From positions 6,063 through 70,062 of the forward strand of contig JAFQBT010000094.1 of assembly GCA_017399625.1 (NCBI GenBank): 64,000 bases of DNA, in the 5' to 3' direction. A model generated the notes under the pieces. The model was not told the DNA's origin. It made no database searches and was given only the letters and a program-made list of their open reading frames with translations. This document shows positions 34,706 through 44,298 of the stretch, one piece after another. Made by a program: the position numbers and the translations under genes. This DNA is from Oscillospiraceae bacterium. GTDB taxonomy: Bacteria; Bacillota; Clostridia; Oscillospirales; Ruminococcaceae. How positions within the stretch are numbered: the stretch's first letter is position 1; each line of letters begins with the position of its first letter.

Positions 34706-34786
34706 TCAAGAACATATTCATAACTTATATATTATATTGCAACAGTTGATTTATTGCAAGCATTTTTATAAAAGGAGTGATCGCTC

Positions 34787-35866
34787 GTGAAAAATTATAA
34801 AGTTGGAATAATCGGCGCCACCGGAATGGTTGGCCAGCGCCTTATAACTCTTCTTTCGGAGCATCCTTGGTTTCATATCGAAGTTCTTGCCGCTTCCGGA
34901 AGAAGCGCCGGAAAAACTTATAAAGAAGCGGTTTCCGGCAGATGGGCAATGGAATCCCCCATTCCCGAAAGCGTTGGAAACATGGTCGTTCTCGATGCGG
35001 AAAAGGATGCCGAGGGCATCGCTTCCGTGGTTGATTTCGTTTTCTGTGCAATAAATATGGATAAAACCTCAACAAAAGCTCTTGAAGAAAAATACGCAAA
35101 GCTTGAATGCCCGGTTATGTCCAACAACAGCGCAAACCGCGGAGTTTCCGACGTTCCGATGATCATTCCGGAAATCAACCCTGAACACATGGAAGTCGTT
35201 TCTGCGCAGAAGGAGCGCCTTGGAACAAAGCGCGGCTTCATTTCCGTAAAATCCAACTGCTCAATCCAGAGCTACGTTCCAGCACTTCATCCTCTTATGA
35301 AATTCGGAATAACAAAAGTTCTCGCCTGCACTTACCAGGCAATTTCAGGCGCAGGAAAGAATTTTGAACGCTGGCCGGAAATGGTGGATAACCTTATCCC
35401 TTATATCGGCGGCGAAGAAGAAAAAAGCGAAAACGAACCGCTTAAAATCTGGGGAAAACTTGAAAACGGAAAAATCGAAAATGCTTCTTCCCCTGCTATC
35501 ACAACCCAATGCCTTCGTGTTCCTGTTTCCGACGGACACACCGCCGCGGTTTTCGTAAGTTTTGAAAACAAGCCTTCCATCGAGGAAATCAGGGAATGCT
35601 GGAAAAATTTCAGCGGTGAACCCCAGCTTCTGAAACTTCCCTCCGCGCCGAAACAATTCCTCACTTATTTTGAGGAACCCGACAGACCCCAGGCAAAGCT
35701 TGACCGCAACCTTGAAAAAGGCATGGGCGTTTCAATCGGAAGACTTCGCCCCGACAGCCAGTACGATTATAAATTCGTAAGCCTTTCCCATAACACTCTC
35801 CGCGGTGCCGCAGGAGGAAATGTTCTTATGGCGGAACTTTATGCCGCAAAAGGATATTTTGATTAA
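34787..35866 (+). CDS. asd: Aspartate-semialdehyde dehydrogenase
   Basis: 359 aa. GIIGATGMVGQR Rossmann motif and the active-site region SNCSIQSY. GTG start after AAGGAGTG. Confidence 0.93.
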   Translation: MKNYKVGIIGATGMVGQRLITLLSEHPWFHIEVLAASGRSAGKTYKEAVSGRWAMESPIPESVGNMVVLDAEKDAEGIASVVDFVFCAINMDKTSTKALEEKYAKLECPVMSNNSANRGVSDVPMIIPEINPEHMEVVSAQKERLGTKRGFISVKSNCSIQSYVPALHPLMKFGITKVLACTYQAISGAGKNFERWPEMVDNLIPYIGGEEEKSENEPLKIWGKLENGKIENASSPAITTQCLRVPVSDGHTAAVFVSFENKPSIEEIRECWKNFSGEPQLLKLPSAPKQFLTYFEEPDRPQAKLDRNLEKGMGVSIGRLRPDSQYDYKFVSLSHNTLRGAAGGNVLMAELYAAKGYFD

Positions 35867-35882
35867 AACATAATAAAACGAA

Positions 35883-35926
35883 CCTCCGCATAAATTGGTT
35901 TTATCCAGATTTTGCGGAGGTTTTTT
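35883..35926 (+). terminator. Hairpin plus U-run between asd and dapA (partial terminator, overlaps the dapA SD)
   Basis: CCTCCGCA (35883-35890) pairs with TGCGGAGG (35913-35920), then TTTTTT. The GGAGG in the 3' arm is the only SD for ATG 35929. Confidence 0.55.
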
Positions 35927-35928
35927 AT

Positions 35929-36816
35929 ATGAAAAATACAGTTTTTACCGGTTGCGGAGTTGCGACCGTTACTCCAATGCGTCCTGACGGCAGCGTTAAT
36001 TTAAAAAAATACGCCGATTTTATTGACGAACTCATTCAGAAAGGTGCGGACGCAATAATCGTAAACGGAACCACCGGCGAATCCGTCACCCTTTCCGATG
36101 AGGAGCAGTATAACATCATCTGCTGTGCAAAGGACATTATCAATCACCGGGTTCCGCTTATTGCCGGAGCCGGAAGCAACAACACAAAGCACGCCGCAAA
36201 ACTTGCCCTTAACGCAAGGAACGCCGGCGCGGATGCGGTTCTTGCGGTGACTCCATATTACAACAAGGCGAACAGAAGCGGACTTATTGAGCATTATAAC
36301 TACATCACAAAATGGTGCCAGATTCCGACCATTGTTTATAACGTTCCCTCAAGAACCGGAGTTGATATCAGCCCGGAAGTCTATGCGGTGCTCGCGGATA
36401 ATCCGTTCATCTGCGGGGTCAAGGAAGCCTCCGGAAATATCGCGAAAGCGGAGCGCGTTCTTAACCTTTGCGGCGACAAAATCGATATGTATTCCGGGAG
36501 CGACGAGCTCACCGTTCCTTTCCTGAGCATCGGCGCAAAGGGCGTTATTTCCGTTGCTGCGAACATTATTCCGAAGGAAATGCAGGAGCTTTGCTCCCTT
36601 TATTCCGAGGGCAGAATATTAGAAGCAGGAAGAATGCAAAACAGTCTTGTTCCGCTTATTGATGCGCTTTTTTCGGATGTCAATCCTGTTCCGGTAAAGG
36701 AAGCGCTTAATATGCTCGGAAAAGAATTCGGTCCATGCCGGCTTCCCCTTGGAGAAATGGAAGAAAGCAAAAAAGAAAGCCTCCGGAAGGTTCTTGAGCA
36801 CCGTGGAATCATTTGA
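35929..36816 (+). CDS. dapA: 4-hydroxy-tetrahydrodipicolinate synthase
   Basis: 295 aa. Motifs: GTTGES, YNVPSRTG, and the active-site Lys context CGVKEASG. Confidence 0.95.
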   Translation: MKNTVFTGCGVATVTPMRPDGSVNLKKYADFIDELIQKGADAIIVNGTTGESVTLSDEEQYNIICCAKDIINHRVPLIAGAGSNNTKHAAKLALNARNAGADAVLAVTPYYNKANRSGLIEHYNYITKWCQIPTIVYNVPSRTGVDISPEVYAVLADNPFICGVKEASGNIAKAERVLNLCGDKIDMYSGSDELTVPFLSIGAKGVISVAANIIPKEMQELCSLYSEGRILEAGRMQNSLVPLIDALFSDVNPVPVKEALNMLGKEFGPCRLPLGEMEESKKESLRKVLEHRGII

Positions 36817-36934
36817 GCACCGGTATGTTCTGCATATCGGACTTTTGAGCACGGAGGTTCCCGAAAAGCATCTTAAAACGGTGCTCAAAATAATTCACCG
36901 GATTTTTCCGGACAGTTGCATCTTCATAGAAATA

Positions 36935-36971
36935 AAATAACCGGAGAGTGAAAACTCTCCGGTTATTTTTT
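36935..36971. terminator. Bidirectional terminator (dapA / PstS-like gene)
   Basis: AACCGGAGAG (36939-36948) pairs with CTCTCCGGTT (36955-36964), flanked by A-rich sequence and T6. Confidence 0.85.
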
Positions 36972-38136
36972 AATTGATACCCACATATCCCGTTTTTTCA
37001 ATTATTTCCTGTCCCTCTTCCGAAAGCACCCATTCAAGAAGTTTTTCAACGTTTTCGTTATTGTTGCCTTCGTAAGTCACTGCATAAAGCGGTCCGGTTA
37101 TGGGATAGGTTCCGTTTTTGATGTTTTCAACAGTCGGTGCAATGCCGTCGATGCTGAGGATTTTTATATCCGGGTTTCTGATGATTCCCTCGAGGTAATA
37201 CCTGAAGGAAAAACCGATGGAATTTGATTTGCTCCGGTAATCCGAAACCTGTTCAACGATTCCGGACATAAGGTCGTTAACCATTTCCGTGGGTGCTTCC
37301 ATGATTTCCTTTTCGCCCATAAAGCGCTTCAGCATGCTCTGACTTCCGCTTCCTTCATTGCGCTGATATGCGGCGATTTTTTCGTTTTTGCCGCCCACTT
37401 CGCTCCAGTTTGTGATTTCACCGGAATAAATCGCCCGGATCTGTTCAGAAGTAAGGTTGTCGATGGGGTTATCCTTATGGACAAAGAAAACGAAAGCATC
37501 ATAGCCGATGGGGGTATAAACAAATTCCGTTCCGTGATATTTTGCTTCTTCAATCTGTTCTTCCGAAGGATATGCGCCGAAGAAAATATCCGTCTGTCTT
37601 TCTCCGAGAAGTTTATATCCTCCGACGGTGTTATTATATTCAAAATAACCGTCATAAAGCTTTGTTGTTTCCGGATAGGTTGCGTTGACAAATGCGGAAT
37701 AAACCGGAAAAACCGCCGCCGCGCCGTCAATTCTCGGAAGTCTGCCGCTGAGTTCAAGGCTTGCTTCCCGGTCAAGGGTCACGATTTTTGAATCCTCCTC
37801 GAAAGGAAGGTATTCGTTAACGTTGATATTCGGCGTCGGATTAACGGTGATGCTTTTATCATATTGCACCCATACGGCATTAATAATCGCCGCAAGAATA
37901 ATCAAAGCAGAAACGATTCCCCATATTACGAACAGCTTTTTCTTTCCGGGAAACCATATAAGGAAGAATAAAAGCACCGGAACAATGAAAAATGCAGCTC
38001 CCATTATGATTGAATTAAGTTCGGACATCATCGAAAAAATCAGGATTCCCAACAATGAAAAATATGAAATTCCCGCGGCCGCAAGTGTTAAAACAATCTT
38101 AACCGCAATTTTTACCCAGGGTTTTGTTTTATCCAT
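36970..38136 (-). CDS. Membrane-anchored PstS/PBP-like substrate-binding protein
   Basis: 388 aa. Three N-terminal TM helices, then a periplasmic-binding-protein-like domain (IDGAAAVFPVY..., TPIGYDAFVFFVHKDNPIDNLT, EQIRAIYSGEITNWSEVGG, NEGSGSQ). Confidence 0.6.
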   Translation of the reverse strand: MDKTKPWVKIAVKIVLTLAAAGISYFSLLGILIFSMMSELNSIIMGAAFFIVPVLLFFLIWFPGKKKLFVIWGIVSALIILAAIINAVWVQYDKSITVNPTPNINVNEYLPFEEDSKIVTLDREASLELSGRLPRIDGAAAVFPVYSAFVNATYPETTKLYDGYFEYNNTVGGYKLLGERQTDIFFGAYPSEEQIEEAKYHGTEFVYTPIGYDAFVFFVHKDNPIDNLTSEQIRAIYSGEITNWSEVGGKNEKIAAYQRNEGSGSQSMLKRFMGEKEIMEAPTEMVNDLMSGIVEQVSDYRSKSNSIGFSFRYYLEGIIRNPDIKILSIDGIAPTVENIKNGTYPITGPLYAVTYEGNNNENVEKLLEWVLSEEGQEIIEKTGYVGIN

Positions 38137-38139
38137 AAA

Positions 38140-38535
38140 TCATTCCTCCGCCTTGCTTTTTATTTCTGCATTCTGAACATATATCGAAACCGCAATATCG
38201 TGCTCCGATGGATTCTGGACCGAAACGCCGATTCTGAACCATTCGCCTTTTTCAGTCCTGATTTCTGCCGGCATTCCGTGGGTGAGATAAACCGGTTCAT
38301 AAAAATGTTCTTCCGGAACTTTTTCCGTTTTGATCGTCACGGAAGTATCGGAAAAACCCGCTCCGGCAGAGATTATGATGTCATCTTTCTCTGCGGAAAA
38401 AATCTCCTTTGTGAAAACAAAGGCTTCTTCGCTTCCTGCGGGAATTATAATTTCAATTTCCTGTTTTTCTCCGTTGCAGCCGGAAAAAGCAGACATCATT
38501 AAAAAAACAAGAACAAACGCAGCAAGTTTTTTCAT
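38140..38535 (-). CDS. Small lipoprotein, unknown function
   Basis: MKKLAAFVLVFLMMSAFSGC lipobox. 131 aa. Stops 3 nt before the PstS-like gene start. AAGGCGGTGG RBS. The track start at 38598 is less likely. Confidence 0.65.
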   Translation of the reverse strand: MKKLAAFVLVFLMMSAFSGCNGEKQEIEIIIPAGSEEAFVFTKEIFSAEKDDIIISAGAGFSDTSVTIKTEKVPEEHFYEPVYLTHGMPAEIRTEKGEWFRIGVSVQNPSEHDIAVSIYVQNAEIKSKAEE

Positions 38536-38735
38536 AAATCCACCGCCTTTTTTAAATTTATCTGTTTTCATTATATCCCCCGCTCCGGTTCTTTTCAATT
38601 ATCCTGCCGAAACTTTAATAAAATCTTAATAAACATCCCGAAATCCGACATAAAAACAATTCAATACATTGAAGAAATATGTGAAATATGATAATATATT
38701 AAAGGTTAACTATTAATAATAAAGAGGTTCAATAT

Positions 38736-41700
38736 ATGAGAAAGATTGCACTAAAAGGACTTATCGGTCAGAAAAGGGACACCCTCCTTTTATGGAGCGT
38801 TGTTGCCCTTGCTTTTCTGTTCCTTGTTCTTTCAACAACTCTTATAACTTCACTTCAGGAAACGGACCGTACCCAGCGAATAACAACTTACGGAAGCTGG
38901 CAGAACATGGTCGGCGGACTTTCTTCCGAAGATGCGGAAAAAATTTCGGCGTTTGCGGAAAATTCCACAATTCTCCCGATGGTGAACGTCAAGGGCGTTG
39001 ATTATTTTTCCGGCGACAATGAATATTATATCACCAGATATTCCGATGAACTTGTTTCTCTCGGTCAGCTTGTTCTTAAGGAAGGAAAATGGCCCGAAAG
39101 CAAAAACGATATCGTTCTTGAATATGCAAGGCTTTCTTCCCTTAATCTCAAGCTTGGCGACAGCTTTACAGTTGTTTCCCAGATCCGAATCCCTCTCAGC
39201 AGCAGCAAGATTATTGAAAAACAGAACACCCTTAACAAACTTACCGAACTTGCAAAAGAGGATACTTTTAAAAAGAGCCTTGAAATTTTCCGCAACAAAG
39301 CCTGGGGCGAATATATGTACCACGGCGCAAACGCATGGTATTATCAGGAAACCACCGACAGGCTTTTTTCCTGGTACAGCGACAGCAACTTCCGTGAAAG
39401 CGCCGCATTCCTTTTTGCGGATGAGGAGCATCCGGACGGAAGAGTTGTTCCTTTTGAGGAGATGACCGAAGAACAGCTTCGTTCCCTTGTTGATTATTAC
39501 ATCGAAATAAGCCGACATGACCTTGACCTCACCCCTTATATGACGGAAGAGGAACTTGCGGAGCACACAATGCCAACCGCGGACCTTATCGGATATCAGG
39601 ACCTCAATATCCGCGTTTCCGTAAACAGCAATTCCCTTCTCATTTATATTCCCTATACATATACGGTCTGCGGCGTTGTTGATACTTTTTCCGACCGTTG
39701 GGACAGCGGAATGCTTTCCCTTCCAAGCGGTTTTGTAACCGAGGAAAACTATGATATTTTTGTCAGCGGACAGAAAAAGGTTCTTGAAAAATACAGCGAA
39801 TATAATTTTGTTCCTTACGAAAACGTTGTTTTCATCGGCGGCGGAAAAAATTCCTCCGCAAGGGAACTCTGGAACAATGTTCTTCCGGTTTTCAACGAAA
39901 TTTCCGAAAGCAACAGCGAAGCCATCAACGCATATTACGATTCCGATATCCAACGCGTCAACAATATCGGCCACGTTACAAAACATGAATATCAGTATTC
40001 CTTCGATTTTTATCTTTGTGACGACGAAAACGAAAAGCTCGTTTACGGAACCGCCGTTCTTGTTCCGGAAAGCGGAAACAATCCTCTGAATTACAATTCC
40101 GCCGAAAAACTTTCCGAGAAGGCGGCTTCCTCCATCCGGATTCCCACGGAATATTTTGTTGAAACGGATCTTGATAAAATAATCGTTCCTGCTTCGGACG
40201 GAGCTCTTTCGATTCCCGCTCCGCAGGTCAAAAACGCTTCCGTAAGAATCTATATCGACGGCGCGGAATCCGAAATGCCTTTCGATGAATTTATCTCAGG
40301 AGATTTTGAGATAAACGGAATGCATCTCACCTCCAAAGGACATATTTTCCCGGAAAGTGCGGACGAACAGGATGACTTCACCGTTTTCCGCGTGAACCGC
40401 TATGCTTATCCTTCCTCCAGCGAAGGCAACGACAGAATGCTCCTTCTTGTTACAATAATTCTGTTCGTAACCACCGTCTGCGCGGTTTTCCAGATTTTCT
40501 TCACCCAGATGCGCAAGCGCCTGCGCCGCATTGTTCTTATGAAATCCATCGGCGCCGAAAGCAGCCAGATTGCAAAAATGCTCCTCTGGGAATTTATCTA
40601 TTTCTGGATCACCACCCTTCCTGTTGGAACGGTCATCGGTCTTGGCGGAGCCTATGCCATAACCGGAATCCTTGAGGACGTTCAGAGCCGCGATATCCTC
40701 TATACAATCGACCCGGTTATTCTTGCCGCGGCACTTTTTGCAGGAACATTTGCCCTTTTCATCGGCATGATAATCCCGAGCATCATGGCCGTAGGCGTTC
40801 CTCTTACCGGACGCACCGCAAGAAAAAAGCCCCTTCCTCCTCCGAAAAAGGAAACAAGACAGGATTTCTTCAACGTAACCGTCCGGGGACTTATTGCAAA
40901 CCGGAGCAGAACATTGGGCAACTTTGCTCTTTGCGTTTTTATGATGCTCATAACAACTCTTTGCCTTTTCATTGGTTTCCGTTTTATGACGCCCTACCGT
41001 GAAACTGTACAGAGGGATTCCCGTCCGGATTATTTCCTCAGCCTCCCTTTTTCTGCATCCGACCGCCAGCTTCCGGAATATATTGCGGAGCTTGAAGCTT
41101 TGGGAGTATGCGAATCCATCGAAGTTCTCCGCACCGCAAACGATTCCATAATAAAAGAGGATTCCATAAACAGCTTCCTGCTCGATACCGCCTTCGGCGA
41201 TAACCTCAAAACAGTTAACGACAGTTACGGCGCAGAGAACCTTACAGGTTATCCGATAAATCTTTATGTGGTTTCTTCCGAAAGCGAACTTTTCGAAAGA
41301 TTCAATTCCGCCGCAACCTATGGAAGCATTGATAAGGAAGCCTTTGATTCCGGAAAAGAAGTTTTTGTTTTTGTTCCTCTTTATAAAGACACCGGAAAGA
41401 TAAACGAAAGCGCTTTCCAAAGCGCGACCGGCTGGGATAAAGTTTCCGCATCCGGCGTTGATATGAGTTTTTATGAGGAATACCGCCATGTTTATGATAC
41501 GGATTCGGATCTTTCCGTCGGCGACTTTATAACCATCGGCGCCCAGACAAGATATATCGGCGGCATGAGCTATACCTATAAAATCATCACCGAAAGAGTC
41601 CGGGTCGGCGCAATTGTTTATTATTTCCCGGACGAGGGAATCTGGCCAATAAGCGGTTCCGACGAAGGATATCAGGTAATCTGTTCCTCAAAACTCTGCG

Positions 41701-42332
41701 GCTCGATTCTTCCGAACTCCATGCGCACCCGTTCTTCCAACGAAATCCGTTCCTTCAAAATCATGTATATTTCCACCGGTTACGGAACCACGGATTTTTA
41801 TATCAACGCAAAGGAAGGTCTTTCCAAATATGACGTTGATACCGCGCTTCTTATCTATGCAAGAAACGAATACATGGATATCGAATTCTATCACGAAAGC
41901 AACAGCAAGCTTCTGCAGGACGCAATAAACAACATTCTCCTTGTTTGCCTTCTCGGGCTCACTGCGGTTCTTCTTGCGCTTATGATTTTTGCGAACACCG
42001 TAACTTCCGATATTGAGCAGGAACGCAACCGTATCGGAATCCTCCAGTCCCTCGGCGTCAGCAACCGCCAGCTTATAAAACGCCAGCTTTATATCGGACT
42101 TGTTGCTTCCGGGCTTGCGCTTATTATTGCCAATGCGGTTCTCTGGATTGCGGTTGCGGTCTATGCGGCATTTTCCGATGCGGTGCTCGGAAATCTCCTC
42201 TGGGGATATCCGTGGCTCATCCATATTGCTCTCTGCATTGCCCTTGCTGTGATAATAACCCTTCTTTATATAATGCCGATGCACAGCCTGCGGCGCTATC
42301 TTCCCATCGAAAACATCAAAACAAGAAAGTGA
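38736..42332 (+). CDS. Giant ABC-transporter permease with two fused MacB/FtsX-type modules
   Basis: 1198 aa. Topology by eye: TM1, an extracytoplasmic domain of about 530 aa, 3 TM, TM5, a domain of about 330 aa, 3 TM. Each half has the 1+3 TM FtsX/MacB layout. Followed by its ATPase. Confidence 0.8.
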   Translation: MRKIALKGLIGQKRDTLLLWSVVALAFLFLVLSTTLITSLQETDRTQRITTYGSWQNMVGGLSSEDAEKISAFAENSTILPMVNVKGVDYFSGDNEYYITRYSDELVSLGQLVLKEGKWPESKNDIVLEYARLSSLNLKLGDSFTVVSQIRIPLSSSKIIEKQNTLNKLTELAKEDTFKKSLEIFRNKAWGEYMYHGANAWYYQETTDRLFSWYSDSNFRESAAFLFADEEHPDGRVVPFEEMTEEQLRSLVDYYIEISRHDLDLTPYMTEEELAEHTMPTADLIGYQDLNIRVSVNSNSLLIYIPYTYTVCGVVDTFSDRWDSGMLSLPSGFVTEENYDIFVSGQKKVLEKYSEYNFVPYENVVFIGGGKNSSARELWNNVLPVFNEISESNSEAINAYYDSDIQRVNNIGHVTKHEYQYSFDFYLCDDENEKLVYGTAVLVPESGNNPLNYNSAEKLSEKAASSIRIPTEYFVETDLDKIIVPASDGALSIPAPQVKNASVRIYIDGAESEMPFDEFISGDFEINGMHLTSKGHIFPESADEQDDFTVFRVNRYAYPSSSEGNDRMLLLVTIILFVTTVCAVFQIFFTQMRKRLRRIVLMKSIGAESSQIAKMLLWEFIYFWITTLPVGTVIGLGGAYAITGILEDVQSRDILYTIDPVILAAALFAGTFALFIGMIIPSIMAVGVPLTGRTARKKPLPPPKKETRQDFFNVTVRGLIANRSRTLGNFALCVFMMLITTLCLFIGFRFMTPYRETVQRDSRPDYFLSLPFSASDRQLPEYIAELEALGVCESIEVLRTANDSIIKEDSINSFLLDTAFGDNLKTVNDSYGAENLTGYPINLYVVSSESELFERFNSAATYGSIDKEAFDSGKEVFVFVPLYKDTGKINESAFQSATGWDKVSASGVDMSFYEEYRHVYDTDSDLSVGDFITIGAQTRYIGGMSYTYKIITERVRVGAIVYYFPDEGIWPISGSDEGYQVICSSKLCGSILPNSMRTRSSNEIRSFKIMYISTGYGTTDFYINAKEGLSKYDVDTALLIYARNEYMDIEFYHESNSKLLQDAINNILLVCLLGLTAVLLALMIFANTVTSDIEQERNRIGILQSLGVSNRQLIKRQLYIGLVASGLALIIANAVLWIAVAVYAAFSDAVLGNLLWGYPWLIHIALCIALAVIITLLYIMPMHSLRRYLPIENIKTRK

Positions 42333-42342
42333 GGTAAAACGC

Positions 42343-43026
42343 ATGGATATCTTAAGAACCGAAGGACTTTATAAAACATATAACGAAGGCAGCGAAAATG
42401 AAGTTCATGCCCTCAAACCTCTTGATATATCTATTGAAGAAGGCGTTTTCTACGCCATAATCGGCAGGAGCGGTTCCGGAAAATCCACTCTTCTCCAGAT
42501 TCTCGGCGGACTTGACCGCCCTTCCGGCGGAAAGCTTTATCTTGAGGATAAAAGTCTTTTTGACCTTTCGAACAACGAACTCTGCCGCCTTCGCCGCAGA
42601 AGAATCGGATTTGTTTTCCAAGCATACAACCTTCTTGAGGAACACACCGTCAGGGAAAACATCATGATGCCGCTCCATCTTGACGGAAAGGACATCGATC
42701 CGGAATTTTTGCAGGAGCTTGTTGAAGCGCTTGAAATCGGCGATAAGCTCGACCGATATCCGGATCAGCTTTCCGGCGGCGAACAGCAAAGGGTTGCCAT
42801 CGCAAGGGCGCTGGCCTCAAAACCCGCCATAATCCTTGCGGACGAGCCCACCGGTAACCTTGACCCCAGAACCGGCGACCAAGTTCTGCGCCACCTCAAG
42901 GCTCTTGCAGCCCGTTTCCACCAGACGATTCTCCTTGTTACCCACGATATGGAAATCGCGGGAATGGCCGACAGAATCATCCGCCTTCATAACGGCGAAG
43001 TAATCGAAACGAAAGATAACAGATAA
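42343..43026 (+). CDS. ABC transporter ATP-binding protein (MacB/LolD-like)
   Basis: 227 aa. Walker [10 protein letters not shown], signature LSGGEQQR, Walker B ILADEPT, H-loop VTHD. Confidence 0.93.
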   Translation: MDILRTEGLYKTYNEGSENEVHALKPLDISIEEGVFYAIIGRSGSGKSTLLQILGGLDRPSGGKLYLEDKSLFDLSNNELCRLRRRRIGFVFQAYNLLEEHTVRENIMMPLHLDGKDIDPEFLQELVEALEIGDKLDRYPDQLSGGEQQRVAIARALASKPAIILADEPTGNLDPRTGDQVLRHLKALAARFHQTILLVTHDMEIAGMADRIIRLHNGEVIETKDNR

Positions 43027-43057
43027 AAAAATGCCGCCCGATGGGCGGCATTTTTTA
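43025..43057. terminator. Bidirectional terminator (ABC operon / nudix gene)
   Basis: AATGCCGCCC (43030-43039) pairs with GGGCGGCATT (43043-43052), flanked by A6 and T6. Confidence 0.88.
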
Positions 43058-43074
43058 TTCGGGAAAAGACTGTA

Positions 43075-43593
43075 TTAAATTGAATTAATCCATTCTTTTA
43101 CCTCCGAAACAATATCTTCTTCAATTTCGGTTCTTATTTCAAAATTTTCCGGAAGACTGAAAATATCTTTTTTCAGAAATTCCGGATAGAAATATTCCTC
43201 CGCAAGTTTTTCGAAAGGAAGCCATTCAAAGCTGTGTTCCTGACCGTTTTCGGAAAGGCGGAATTTTTCGCCTCTTGAAAGGATATCAGTTTTTGAAATA
43301 TCCATAAGAAAATAAACGCAGATTTCGTGGAATCTTATTTTGCTGACGTCCTCGGTGAAAAACGCCTGGTTAAGCCAGAGCGGACGGATTATTTCCGGCT
43401 CCGCAAAAAGTTCCTCCCTGCATTCGCGCAGAACGGCGGCTTCTGCGGTTTCGCCGAGTTTCACTCTTCCGCCGGGAAGGTAAAAATAAGGCGAATTTCC
43501 GTCCTTCATTGCAAGGATTTTTCCGTCATCAATAATCATTGCACAGGCGCGGTAGTTGAATTTTTCGTTTCCGTTTCTGAATGTAATATCCAT
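43075..43593 (-). CDS. NUDIX hydrolase
   Basis: 172 aa. Nudix box GGRVKLGETAEAAVLRECREELF. ATG 43593 was chosen because the longer track ORF would run through the engB terminator. Confidence 0.85.
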   Translation of the reverse strand: MDITFRNGNEKFNYRACAMIIDDGKILAMKDGNSPYFYLPGGRVKLGETAEAAVLRECREELFAEPEIIRPLWLNQAFFTEDVSKIRFHEICVYFLMDISKTDILSRGEKFRLSENGQEHSFEWLPFEKLAEEYFYPEFLKKDIFSLPENFEIRTEIEEDIVSEVKEWINSI

Positions 43594-43621
43594 ATAAAAT
43601 CCCTTTCCGCAGATTTGCGGT

Positions 43622-43658
43622 TCAAAAAGCGGCACTTTCAAAAAAAGTGCCGCTTTTT
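43622..43658 (-). terminator. Terminator after engB
   Basis: AAAGCGGCACTTT / AAAGTGCCGCTTT 13-bp stem, followed on the minus strand by a T-run. Confidence 0.8.
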
Positions 43659-43659
43659 A

Positions 43660-44286
43660 TTATTCTTCAAATTCTTCTTCGCCGTCTTCCTCAAACTCAT
43701 AATCTTCGGAAGAAAGTTCCTCAAAAATTTCTTTAAGGTCGCCGATGCCCTCAAAAGTTGTAGTGCTGGTCCAGACGGAAGTAATCTGATCGAAGCAGGG
43801 AATTTCGGTCATAAAAGCCTCTTCCCTTTTTTTGCGTTCGGTTTTGTTGAGCTTATCGCATTTTGTAAGGGCGATAATGAACGGAACCTCGTTATCGATC
43901 ATAAAATCTATCATCTGAACGTCGTCCTTGGTGGGAGCATGGCGGCTGTCAACAAGCTGAACGATAAGGCGGATATCCCTGTCGCTCATAAGATAGCCTT
44001 CAACAAGATCCGCCCAGCGCTTTTTGTCGCTCTGGGAAACTTTTGCATATCCGTAACCCGGAAGGTCAACGAATTTTATCCCGTCAACGTCATAAAAGTT
44101 TACGGTAACGGTTTTTCCCGGCTGGCTGGAAACTCTTGCAAGGGCTTTTCTTCCGAAAATCGCATTCATAAGCGAAGATTTTCCAACATTGGAATGTCCC
44201 GCAAAGGCAAATTCAATATGCTCCGCTTTCGGAAGTTGTTTCGATGTGCCGTAAGCGGCTTCGAAAACTGCGTGATTATAATTCAT
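43660..44286 (-). CDS. engB: Ribosome biogenesis GTP-binding protein YsxC/EngB
   Basis: 208 aa. G1 GHSNVGKSS, G3 DLPGYG, G4 TKCD. Acidic C-terminal tail. Confidence 0.93.
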   Translation of the reverse strand: MNYNHAVFEAAYGTSKQLPKAEHIEFAFAGHSNVGKSSLMNAIFGRKALARVSSQPGKTVTVNFYDVDGIKFVDLPGYGYAKVSQSDKKRWADLVEGYLMSDRDIRLIVQLVDSRHAPTKDDVQMIDFMIDNEVPFIIALTKCDKLNKTERKKREEAFMTEIPCFDQITSVWTSTTTFEGIGDLKEIFEELSSEDYEFEEDGEEEFEE

Positions 44287-44298
44287 TTTATCCTCCGC

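Noticed and set aside
34644-34786. Expected an L-box (lysine riboswitch) upstream of asd/dapA.
   Set aside because: The leader is only about 80 nt after the -10 box, is A/T-rich, and lacks the L-box helices and conserved AGAGGNGC-type cores.
36749-36940. A 63-aa ORF overlapping the dapA end and extending into the downstream spacer.
   Set aside because: The only ATG is inside dapA in another frame. There is no start codon with an RBS after the dapA stop. The region is better treated as non-coding (see the finding on heptamer clustering).
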